Position numbers and translations under genes: made by a program | Notes under the pieces: generated by a model | Seen by the model: the letters and a program-made list of their open reading frames with translations, nothing else | Database searches by the model: none | Told to the model about the DNA's origin: nothing | In this document: piece after piece, positions 34,980 to 43,087 of the stretch | How positions within the stretch are numbered: the first letter of the stretch is position 1 | How the letters are laid out: every line of letters begins with the position of its first letter | From: Candidatus Microgenomates bacterium | Lineage (GTDB): Bacteria > Patescibacteriota > Microgenomatia > UBA8517 > JACQJR01 | Direction of reading: 5' to 3' | Length of the DNA: 64,000 bases | Assembly: GCA_016204995.1 (NCBI GenBank) | Contig: JACQJR010000001.1 | Span: 539,034 to 603,033, forward strand

Positions 34980-36893
34980 ATGAAACCGAGACTTCCTAAA
35001 GCTAAAGGCTCGCCTCGCGCCAACGGCGACGCAAGGCGCGGCGAAGCGGGCAAGAAATTTGAGTTGAAGATGCATTTAAATATGCGTAATGTTTTAATTG
35101 CTCTCTTGATTATTTTCTTCATCGGCCCATTTCTGTTTTCTTTAAGTGGCCGCCGGCCGGCAGAAGAAGTGGCGCTATCGGCGGCTATTTCTGACATCAA
35201 AGACAAAAAGGTCAGTGATGTTAAAGTTGATCAGGATCGGATTTTATTAACCTATAAAGATGGCAAGATGAAAACTGCCTTTAAAGAGCAGAATGCCTCT
35301 TTTGCGGAGCTTCTCAAAAATGCCGGTTTAGAACCCAACGCTGTTTCTTACAGTATTGTTGACCAAAGTTTATCCAAAGTGTGGCTGGATATTGCTGGCA
35401 TTGCTTTGCCCTTGGCTTTAATGGCCTTATTTTTCTTTTTTATTTTCCGCCAAGCCAGGGGGGCGCAAGATACTCTTTTTACCTTTGGTCAATCACGGGC
35501 CAAAATTTTTGCCAAAGGTAAACAATCAACTACTTTTAAAGATGTGGCCGGAGTGGATGAAGCTAAAAAAGAGCTGGAAGAAATAGTAGATTTTTTGAAA
35601 AATCCCGGCAAATATCGGACGATGGGAGCTCGGACGCCCAAGGGAGCGCTACTGGTGGGACCGGCTGGCGTTGGTAAAACTTTGCTAGCAAGGGCCGTAG
35701 CGGGAGAAGCAGGCGTACCTTATTTTTCTATCGCCGGTTCCGAATTTATGGAGATGCTGGTAGGGGTGGGTGCTTCCAGAGTGCGTGATTTATTTAACCA
35801 GGCCAAGAAATCCTCGCCGGCCATTATTTTTATTGACGAAATTGATGCTATTGGCCGTCAGCGCGGTTTTGGCATGGCCGGCGGGCACGACGAGCGGGAG
35901 CAAACTTTAAATCAGATTTTGGTAGAAATGGATGGTTTTACGCCCAGCGATAACGTGGTAGTTTTAGCAGCCACCAATCGGGGTGATTTGTTAGATCCGG
36001 CCTTGTTGCGGCCCGGCCGTTTTGACAGAAGAGTAGTTTTAGATATGCCGGATAAAGAAGGAAGGCTGGCTATTCTGCATATTCATGCCCGGGGCAAAAA
36101 ATTTGGCGAGAACATTAATTGGGGTCGGGTGGCGGAAAGAACCGTCGGATTTAGCGGCGCGGATTTAGAAAATATGCTTAATGAGTCTGCCATTTTAGCC
36201 GCCCGCGATAACAAGAAGGAAATTAGCATGCTAGACATTGAAGAGGCGGCTACTAAAGTGAAGCTGGGACCGGCCAAGAAGCGGCTGCAAAGCGAGGAAG
36301 ATAAAAGAATTACGGCCTACCATGAAGCCGGGCATGGTATTGTAACTCACAAGCTGCCCCACATGGATCCGGTCCATCGGATTTCTATCGTGGCCCGCGG
36401 CATGAGTCTGGGCCATACTTTGATTCCGCCGGCGGCTGATCGGTCACACGAAACCAAGAGTCATTTAATTGAGCAAATTACAGCCATGCTCGGAGGTCGG
36501 GCGGCGGAAGAGTTGATCTTTAATGAGATGACCACTGGTGCATCAAATGATATTGAAGCCGCCACTCGCTTGGCCCGCCACATGGTCATTGACTTTGGGA
36601 TGAGTGAGTTAGGCCCAATTGATTTGGGGCCACAGGTTGATTATGGAGAGTTTGGCCGCTCTTGGGTAGAGCCGACCCAAGTTTCTCAATCCATGCAAGA
36701 GAGAATTGATAGTGAAACCAAAAAAATTATTGATTTAAGTTATAAAAATGCCAAGTTAATTCTGGCTAAAAGTAAAAAAACGCTGGATAAAGTTGCTCAG
36801 GCTTTATTAGTTCGCGAAACCCTGGAAAGGGATGATTTTGAAAAATTAGTCGGAGCCAAAACTCAAGTTTTACCTGCTTTTATCAAAGCTTAA
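34980..36893 (+). CDS. ftsH: ATP-dependent zinc metalloprotease FtsH
   Basis: AAA Walker [12 protein letters not shown], zinc-binding HEAGH; true start probably the downstream Met near 35070 (MHLNMRNV...) before the TM helix. Confidence 0.9.
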   Translation: MKPRLPKAKGSPRANGDARRGEAGKKFELKMHLNMRNVLIALLIIFFIGPFLFSLSGRRPAEEVALSAAISDIKDKKVSDVKVDQDRILLTYKDGKMKTAFKEQNASFAELLKNAGLEPNAVSYSIVDQSLSKVWLDIAGIALPLALMALFFFFIFRQARGAQDTLFTFGQSRAKIFAKGKQSTTFKDVAGVDEAKKELEEIVDFLKNPGKYRTMGARTPKGALLVGPAGVGKTLLARAVAGEAGVPYFSIAGSEFMEMLVGVGASRVRDLFNQAKKSSPAIIFIDEIDAIGRQRGFGMAGGHDEREQTLNQILVEMDGFTPSDNVVVLAATNRGDLLDPALLRPGRFDRRVVLDMPDKEGRLAILHIHARGKKFGENINWGRVAERTVGFSGADLENMLNESAILAARDNKKEISMLDIEEAATKVKLGPAKKRLQSEEDKRITAYHEAGHGIVTHKLPHMDPVHRISIVARGMSLGHTLIPPAADRSHETKSHLIEQITAMLGGRAAEELIFNEMTTGASNDIEAATRLARHMVIDFGMSELGPIDLGPQVDYGEFGRSWVEPTQVSQSMQERIDSETKKIIDLSYKNAKLILAKSKKTLDKVAQALLVRETLERDDFEKLVGAKTQVLPAFIKA

Positions 36894-36894
36894 T

Positions 36895-37971
36895 GTGTCT
36901 TCGCCGTACGCATGCTACAATTACTTCGTGAGTGATAAAAAACGACTGGTCTTAATTGATGGCAATGCCATTCTTCATCGGGCCTACCATGCTTTGCCGC
37001 CTTTAACTTCTCGGTCCGGCCAATTGGTGAATGCCGTCTATGGTTTTTGTGCGATGCTATTTAAAGTGGTAAATGACCTGCAGCCTGATTTTTTGGCTGT
37101 CACTTTTGATACACCTAAACCGACTTTTCGCCATGCCGCTTATGTTGGTTATCAAGCTCACCGGCCGCGGATGGAATCTGACCTATCAGATCAAATTGAA
37201 CTGGTGCATGAAGTAGTGCGGGCGGCTGATATTCCGATTTATGAAGAGCCGGGTTATGAGGCAGATGATGTAATTGGGACGCTTGCCATGCAAGCTGTTT
37301 CGGAGAATCAGGCTACTCAGAAAACTCAGAAAACTCAGAAAACCAGAAAGCCAGAAAGCCAGAAAGCCAGAATTTCTGATATTCAGAATCTCCGGTCCTC
37401 TGAGTCTTCCGAGTTTTCTGGTCCTCTGGAAGTAATCATAGTTTCCGGTGATCGGGATTTACTGCAATTAGTCAATGACCGTGTCAAGGTTTATATGCCG
37501 ATTAAAGGCGTTACCGAAGCTAAGTTATTTGGGACTGCCGAAGTAGAAGAAAGAATGGGGGTTAAACCCTCACAAATTGTGGACTTAAAAGCTTTGATGG
37601 GCGATGCTTCTGATAATTATCCTGGCATTCCTGGCATTGGCCCTAAAACTGCTGCTATCTTAATTGGCAAATTTGGCACCTTAGAAAATATTTTTAGCCA
37701 GCTTGATAAAATTGATGATAAGACCGTGGCAAAACTGGCGGCGGGACATGAGAGTGGAGTGCTGTCTAAAAAATTAGCCCGAATTGAAATTAATGCTCCC
37801 GTCACTTTAGATTTAGAAAAAGTCCGGTTGACTCCCCTAGTTGGTAATAAAAACTTAATTGAGAAACTAGCAGAATTTGGTTTTAAAAGTTTAACGGCCC
37901 GGGCCCGGGGGATAGTTAAGAAAGAAGACGATCAATCCCGATTAAATCGGGACCAGTTGAAGTTGATATAA
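36895..37971 (+). CDS. 5'-3' exonuclease (Pol I N-terminal/FEN-like domain protein)
   Basis: LVLIDGNAILHRAYHALPP and acidic metal-binding motifs; contains a ~40-aa low-complexity insertion encoded by repeat 37311-37430. Confidence 0.8.
   Translation: MSSPYACYNYFVSDKKRLVLIDGNAILHRAYHALPPLTSRSGQLVNAVYGFCAMLFKVVNDLQPDFLAVTFDTPKPTFRHAAYVGYQAHRPRMESDLSDQIELVHEVVRAADIPIYEEPGYEADDVIGTLAMQAVSENQATQKTQKTQKTRKPESQKARISDIQNLRSSESSEFSGPLEVIIVSGDRDLLQLVNDRVKVYMPIKGVTEAKLFGTAEVEERMGVKPSQIVDLKALMGDASDNYPGIPGIGPKTAAILIGKFGTLENIFSQLDKIDDKTVAKLAAGHESGVLSKKLARIEINAPVTLDLEKVRLTPLVGNKNLIEKLAEFGFKSLTARARGIVKKEDDQSRLNRDQLKLI
37311..37430. repeat. ~120-bp 'cagaa/ttctg'-family repeat element embedded in-frame in the exonuclease CDS
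   Basis: ctcagaaaa x3, ccagaaag x3, then tctgatattcagaatctccggtcctctgagtcttccgagttttctgg; encodes QATQKTQKTQKTRKPESQKARISDIQNLRSSESSEFSGPLE. Confidence 0.75.
37936..37952. repeat. palindrome tcccgattaaatcggga (CCGATTNAATCGG family) inside the exonuclease 3' end
   Basis: read directly; encodes SRLNRD. Confidence 0.75.
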
Positions 37972-38011
37972 TAACATTGAAAACCAACTTGTCAAGAGCG
38001 GATTAACATAT

Positions 38012-39148
38012 ATGAAAGTAGCGATAGTCCATGATTATTTGAATGAATTTGGGGGAGCAGAAAGAGTAGTATTGGCAATGTCTGCGATCTGGCCCGATGC
38101 GCCGATTTATACTTCTTTTTATAAAAAAGGTTCTCCGGCCTGGGAAAGATTTAAAGATAAAGACGTGCGAGTGTCGTGGGTACACTACATTCCATTTTTT
38201 GCCACTTTTCTGCATAGCCCTTTAAGATTTTTAGCTCCTTTAATTTGGAATAGTTGGGATTTTTCAGCTTATGATGTAGTCATTACTTCCTCTGGCTGGT
38301 ATGTGACAAAGGGAATTAGAAAAGGTCCAAAAACAGTGGAAATTTGCTATTGCCACACTCCGCCCCGCTGGCTGTACGGTTATAAAACTTCTATAGAATT
38401 TCAAAAGTATTGGCCGGTGAGGGTGTATGCTGCCATCGTGGGTCATTTTATGAGAATGTATGATTTTTGGGCAGCGCAAAGAGTCAATTATTTTATTGCT
38501 AATTCTCAAAACGTCCAAGCGCGGATTGAAAAATTTTACAGAAGAGAGTCAACCGTGATATATCCGCCGGTGAGTTTAGATGTTAGAGGTTTGAGCTTAG
38601 AGCTTAGTAAAAAATCTAACGTCCAAAATCTAAAATCTAATAACTATTTTTTGGTGATTTCCCGGATTGTGGGAGGCAAGGGTTTGGATTTGGCGGTAGA
38701 AGCAGCCTTGAGGTTAGGGTTGAAATTAAAAATTGCTGGTCGTCCTGCTGGTTATTATACCGAGTATAAAAAATTAGCCAAGCGTGCAGGCGGTAAGGTG
38801 GAATTTTTAGGCTATGTTAGCGATGAGGAATTAGTGCGGCTTCACCAGGGAGCCAAAGCTTTTCTGGCCTTAGCGACAGATGAAGATTTTGGCATGACAG
38901 TGGTAGAAGCCCAAGCCTGTGGTACGCCAGTAATTGCCTATAAAGGCGGTGGTTATTTGGAAACAGTAATAGATGGTAAAACCGGCATGTTTTTTGACGA
39001 ACCTAATGTTGATGCATTAGTTAATACCTTGAAACAGTTTGACAGTAAAAAATGGAATCATGCCTTAATCGCCAAACATGCTCAAAAGTTTTCCAAAACC
39101 CGATTTCAAAAAGAAATACAAGAATTTGTTGAAAAACATCTAAAATAA
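38012..39148 (+). CDS. GT4-family glycosyltransferase
   Basis: 378 aa; C-terminal EDFGMTVVEAQACGTPVIAY (EX7E); contains in-frame 'tagaa' repeat at 38583-38642. Confidence 0.8.
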   Translation: MKVAIVHDYLNEFGGAERVVLAMSAIWPDAPIYTSFYKKGSPAWERFKDKDVRVSWVHYIPFFATFLHSPLRFLAPLIWNSWDFSAYDVVITSSGWYVTKGIRKGPKTVEICYCHTPPRWLYGYKTSIEFQKYWPVRVYAAIVGHFMRMYDFWAAQRVNYFIANSQNVQARIEKFYRRESTVIYPPVSLDVRGLSLELSKKSNVQNLKSNNYFLVISRIVGGKGLDLAVEAALRLGLKLKIAGRPAGYYTEYKKLAKRAGGKVEFLGYVSDEELVRLHQGAKAFLALATDEDFGMTVVEAQACGTPVIAYKGGGYLETVIDGKTGMFFDEPNVDALVNTLKQFDSKKWNHALIAKHAQKFSKTRFQKEIQEFVEKHLK

Positions 39149-39193
39149 TGCTAGCCGTAGCTATCTTTAGTCTTTTTGTTATACTACGTTAGT

Positions 39194-40147
39194 ATGCCGG
39201 AGCTTCCAGAAGTAGAAACTATCCGCGGCGGACTTGAGAAGAAAATTGTTGGGTTGACGATTAAAAAGGTTGATATTTGTGCTCCTAAAAGCTTCATCGG
39301 CAAAGCGCAGGAAGTCCAAGGCAAGAAAGTAATTAAGGTATGGCGCAGAGCCAAAATGTTGGGAATAGATCTAACGACGGGTCCTGCCGGGGGCTCGTCC
39401 CGCCCGATGTCCTCGCTGAACGCTGCGGGCACTCGTCGGGACTCCCTCCGCCCCCGTCACCCGTCGCTTGCACTTTTGTTTCATCTGAAAATGACCGGGC
39501 AGCTGGTTTTGGATGATAGAAAGTGGAAAGTGGAAGGTGGAAGGATGGTTGGGGGACACCCCACTCCTGATATGCGGGATGCAATGCCTAATTCTCACAC
39601 GAGGGTAGTTTTTTCTTTTAGTGATGGATCCCGTCTTTATTTTAATGACCAAAGGCGTTTTGGGTGGGTGAAAGTAGTTCAGAGTTCGGAGTTAGGAGTT
39701 CAGGGTTTGTTTGAGAAATTAGGGCCGGAGCCGTTAGAAAAAGAATTTACTTGGCAGATTCTCAAGCAGAATTTATTAAAACATAAATCCACCCCGATTA
39801 AATCGGGGTTAATGGATCAACAAGTGGTGTCCGGAGTGGGGAATATTTACGCTAATGAAGCGTGTTTTAATGCTAGGATAGATCCTAGAGCTAGGAGCTT
39901 AGAGCTTAGTAACGCACAGTTTAAAAAATTGCATCAAGGTGTTGTTAAAGCCCTTCGCGACGGTATTAAACATGGTGGTTCAACCAGAGCTCATTTTGTA
40001 GACAGCGAAGGGCATCGGGGTTATTTTTTAGATTATGCCTATGTTTATGGCCGGGACGAGCATCCTTGTAAAATTTGCCAAACAGAAATTAAAAAAGTGA
40101 CTTTAGGCGGCCGCGGTACCTACTTTTGTCCCGCCTGCCAGCGCTAG
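39194..40147 (+). CDS. mutM: formamidopyrimidine-DNA glycosylase
   Basis: starts MPELPEVE (catalytic Pro2); C-terminal CKICQ...CPACQR zinc finger; carries at least three repeat-derived in-frame insertions; ORF-track start 39176. Confidence 0.85.
   Translation: MPELPEVETIRGGLEKKIVGLTIKKVDICAPKSFIGKAQEVQGKKVIKVWRRAKMLGIDLTTGPAGGSSRPMSSLNAAGTRRDSLRPRHPSLALLFHLKMTGQLVLDDRKWKVEGGRMVGGHPTPDMRDAMPNSHTRVVFSFSDGSRLYFNDQRRFGWVKVVQSSELGVQGLFEKLGPEPLEKEFTWQILKQNLLKHKSTPIKSGLMDQQVVSGVGNIYANEACFNARIDPRARSLELSNAQFKKLHQGVVKALRDGIKHGGSTRAHFVDSEGHRGYFLDYAYVYGRDEHPCKICQTEIKKVTLGGRGTYFCPACQR
39376..39465. repeat. ~90-bp GC-rich palindromic element in-frame inside fpg (termini gacgggt / acccgtc; internal gtcccg / cgggac)
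   Basis: base composition contrasts sharply with the flanking gene; encodes TTGPAGGSSRPMSSLNAAGTRRDSLRPRHPSLA; 90 bp is a multiple of 3. Confidence 0.6.
39791..39809. repeat. palindrome accccgattaaatcggggt (CCGATTNAATCGG family) inside fpg
   Basis: read directly; encodes TPIKSG. Confidence 0.8.
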
Positions 40148-40185
40148 GCGCAGTCTTGGCGGGCAGGCCTCACTGCCAATCTTAA

Positions 40186-41289
40186 ATGCTATTAAAAAAT
40201 ATCCATCTGCAAAATTTTCGCAGCTTTAATAAAGTTTCTTTTAATTTTTCTGCTACCACCACAGCTATTGTCGGTCCTAATACGGCTGGTAAAACTAATC
40301 TTCTAGAAGCAGTTTATTTATTGGCTACCGGTAAATCTTTTCGGGCCAGCCTGGAGGAAGAAATGATTCAAACTGGTACTGAATTTAGCAGGGTTAAGGG
40401 TGCGATAACCCTGCCTGCTGGCGCAGACAAGCCTGCGCAGGCAGGTAGTGAAACTTTAGAAGTAATTTTAACTCGCGGTGAAGTGGGGGGAGAAAGAGTC
40501 AACCGAAAGATGTTAAAGGTTAATAATTTAGGTAAAAGATTGGTGGATTATCAGGGGATTTTGCGGGTGGTGATTTTCGGCCCCTGGGATTTGGAATTAA
40601 TTATTGATTCACCCTCTGTCAGGCGTAAATTTTTAGACAGCGTCCTTTTGCAAGTAGACCGGGAGTATCGGAGATCAGTGATGGCCTATGAGAAGGGATT
40701 AAGATCCAGGAATAGACTCTTGGAAAGAATTAGAGAGGAAAATTTAAGCCGGTCGCAACTGCTGTTTTGGGATAAATTGCTGATCAAAAACGGCGATTAC
40801 ATCTCCCAAAAAAGGGAAGAGCTGATTGATTTTATTAATCAAACAAAACCTTTAAGTAACGAGCAATTCCAATTAATTTATGATAAAAGTGCTATTTCCG
40901 AGGGTAGACTGGCTCAATATAGCCAAGAAGAAGTGGCGGCGGCGACTACTTTAGTCGGTCCACACAGAGATAATATTATATTCCAAGTTCTAAATTCTAA
41001 GCTCCAAACTCTAAACTTAGAAGTTTATGGATCGCGCGGGGAACAGCGGATGTGCGCTTTATGGATCAAGCTAGCTGAACTGGCTTTTATTGAACAGGCC
41101 ACCGCCACACGTCCGGTCTTGCTGTTGGATGATATTTTTTCCGAGCTGGATCACGAGCATCGGGAAGTTGTGATGAATGTTGTAGGAGAGCAGCAAACAA
41201 TTCTGACTACCGCCGATCCGCATATGATTAGCGGCCTGCCTGCGCAGGCAGGTTTAAAAAATGGATTAGAGAAGATTGAATTGGGCTAG
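40186..41289 (+). CDS. recF: DNA replication and repair protein RecF
   Basis: N-terminal Walker A GPNTAGKTNLLEA; C-terminal ABC signature and LLLDDIFSELD Walker B; contains two copies of the palindrome cctgc(c)tgcgcaggcagg. Confidence 0.85.
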   Translation: MLLKNIHLQNFRSFNKVSFNFSATTTAIVGPNTAGKTNLLEAVYLLATGKSFRASLEEEMIQTGTEFSRVKGAITLPAGADKPAQAGSETLEVILTRGEVGGERVNRKMLKVNNLGKRLVDYQGILRVVIFGPWDLELIIDSPSVRRKFLDSVLLQVDREYRRSVMAYEKGLRSRNRLLERIREENLSRSQLLFWDKLLIKNGDYISQKREELIDFINQTKPLSNEQFQLIYDKSAISEGRLAQYSQEEVAAATTLVGPHRDNIIFQVLNSKLQTLNLEVYGSRGEQRMCALWIKLAELAFIEQATATRPVLLLDDIFSELDHEHREVVMNVVGEQQTILTTADPHMISGLPAQAGLKNGLEKIELG

Positions 41290-41546
41290 CGTTTTTTCTT
41301 TTTCTGTTCTTTGCTTTTCAGTTTTTCTGATAGTTGGGATAGCTGGATGGTAATCACCACAGCTAGAATTGTGACAGTGAGGGCGTAGACCAACAGGGAA
41401 ATGATACCGCTTTTGTCTCCCGGTAGCCACTGCTTGATATACTGGTTGACAAATTCCTGGATGACATTATTCCAGGCGAGTGCCGCCACTAAGCCAAAAC
41501 CGCTGGTAGAAAGAGTTAAGATTTGTTTAATAATTTCCCGATGCAA
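41286..41546 (-). CDS. hypothetical small membrane protein with Lys-rich tail
   Basis: 86 aa, two TM segments; C-terminal KEQKKKKR. Confidence 0.35.
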   Translation of the reverse strand: MHREIIKQILTLSTSGFGLVAALAWNNVIQEFVNQYIKQWLPGDKSGIISLLVYALTVTILAVVITIQLSQLSEKLKSKEQKKKKR

Positions 41547-41686
41547 GATCCTCCTTTTAGCCGGAAATAATTACCAATTTCAAATCAATTATAAAATAAA
41601 AAATATTAAATATTTAGATATTCTTTATTGATTGGTATTTATTGGTAGTATTGGTATTTATTTTTATTATTCTCATGTTACTATAA

Positions 41687-42757
41687 TTGTATCACACCAT
41701 GTATGCTCCTAAATACACCATTAACAATGCCATCTTGAAAAATATTGGTACCATTGAAGCCTGTCGGGAGGTGATTGATAATGCCCCTCTTGTTCCAGCT
41801 TATGAGAAAAAATTCAAAGACGAGGCAGCTTTGCGCACTGTTTACCACGGTACTCATTTAGAAGGGAATGATTTAAGTTTTAGCCAGGCCCAACGGATTT
41901 TAGAAGGCGAAGAAATTTCAGCCCGTGACCGCGACATTCAGGAAATTATTAATTATAGAAATGTAGTCAATTTTTTAGACGGCATTGTTAAGCCGCTAAC
42001 TTACAGCGTGGATTTATTGTGTCGCTTGCATGAGTTAACGACGGATAAGTTGTTGACAGCCGATAAAGTGGGCCAGATTCGGACTTCGCAGGTGGTAATT
42101 AAAGATGGGGCAACAGGGGAGATTACTTTTCGGCCACCGCCAGCCATTGAAGTGCCGTTTTTGCTGGCTGATTTTTTTGACTGGCTTAACTCGTCCATGG
42201 GGCGTGAGGTTCATCCAATTTTAAGAGGGGGAATTGCTCACTACGCGCTAGTCGCCATCCATCCTTTTGTGGAGGGAAACGGCCGGGTCTCGCGGGCTTT
42301 TGCCACCTTAATTTTATACGCCGAAGGTTATGACACCAAACGTCTTTTTTCCCTGGAGGAGTATTTTGATAGAGATGCGGCGAGCTACTACGATACCTTA
42401 ATTAACACTTCGTCACAGTCAGAGGAACTGGCAGGGCGGGATTTAACAGAGTGGCTTAGTTATTTTACCAAAGGCTTGGCGATTGAACTGGAGAGGGTGA
42501 GAGATCAGATTCGGCGCATTTCGGCTGATTTGCAAATTAAAAAAAGGATGGGGCAGCAGGTGGCCTTATCTGATAGACAGCTTAAGCTAATGGAATATCT
42601 CAATCAACACAGCCGAATCCAAATGAGAGAGGCTAAAAAGTTGTTGCCGATGGTATCAGAAGATACCATTTTGCGGGAGTTTCAGGATTTGTTTAAGAAG
42701 GGTATAATTAAAAGAGAGAGCTTTGGCCGCGGCGCGGTATATAAATTAAGAACATGA
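41687..42757 (+). CDS. Fic/Doc-family protein, second paralog
   Basis: HPFVEGNGRVSRAF Fic motif; C-terminal HTH-like region. Confidence 0.8.
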   Translation: MYHTMYAPKYTINNAILKNIGTIEACREVIDNAPLVPAYEKKFKDEAALRTVYHGTHLEGNDLSFSQAQRILEGEEISARDRDIQEIINYRNVVNFLDGIVKPLTYSVDLLCRLHELTTDKLLTADKVGQIRTSQVVIKDGATGEITFRPPPAIEVPFLLADFFDWLNSSMGREVHPILRGGIAHYALVAIHPFVEGNGRVSRAFATLILYAEGYDTKRLFSLEEYFDRDAASYYDTLINTSSQSEELAGRDLTEWLSYFTKGLAIELERVRDQIRRISADLQIKKRMGQQVALSDRQLKLMEYLNQHSRIQMREAKKLLPMVSEDTILREFQDLFKKGIIKRESFGRGAVYKLRT

Positions 42758-42948
42758 CTGCCACTGACCCGCAATTTTTTTACATGGTGTTAATTTTGCC
42801 GACCCTGTTTGGTTTGACTTTGGTGGGCGAGGGCTTGGTTAAAATTTTCCATGATGAGAGTGGGGGTTGGCTGTCTATGATCTTCGGCGGCATTTTCATT
42901 ATGGTGGTAATTTTAGCCTTTCTTTTTTTCTCCACCATGATGAAGTAA
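42754..42948 (+). CDS. hypothetical small membrane protein
   Basis: 64 aa, two hydrophobic helices; start overlaps Fic stop. Confidence 0.25.
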   Translation: MTATDPQFFYMVLILPTLFGLTLVGEGLVKIFHDESGGWLSMIFGGIFIMVVILAFLFFSTMMK

Positions 42949-43087
42949 GAAGTGCGCTGCTCGGTCGCCGTGTTCACATCGCATGCGAGCGTTAGCGTCT
43001 GAATGCTAGCGCGTTCAGATACGGCCTGCGGCCTAGTGAATGCTCGTTCAACGGCTTCCTTGCACGCTTAAATGTGATAGAATTAAG

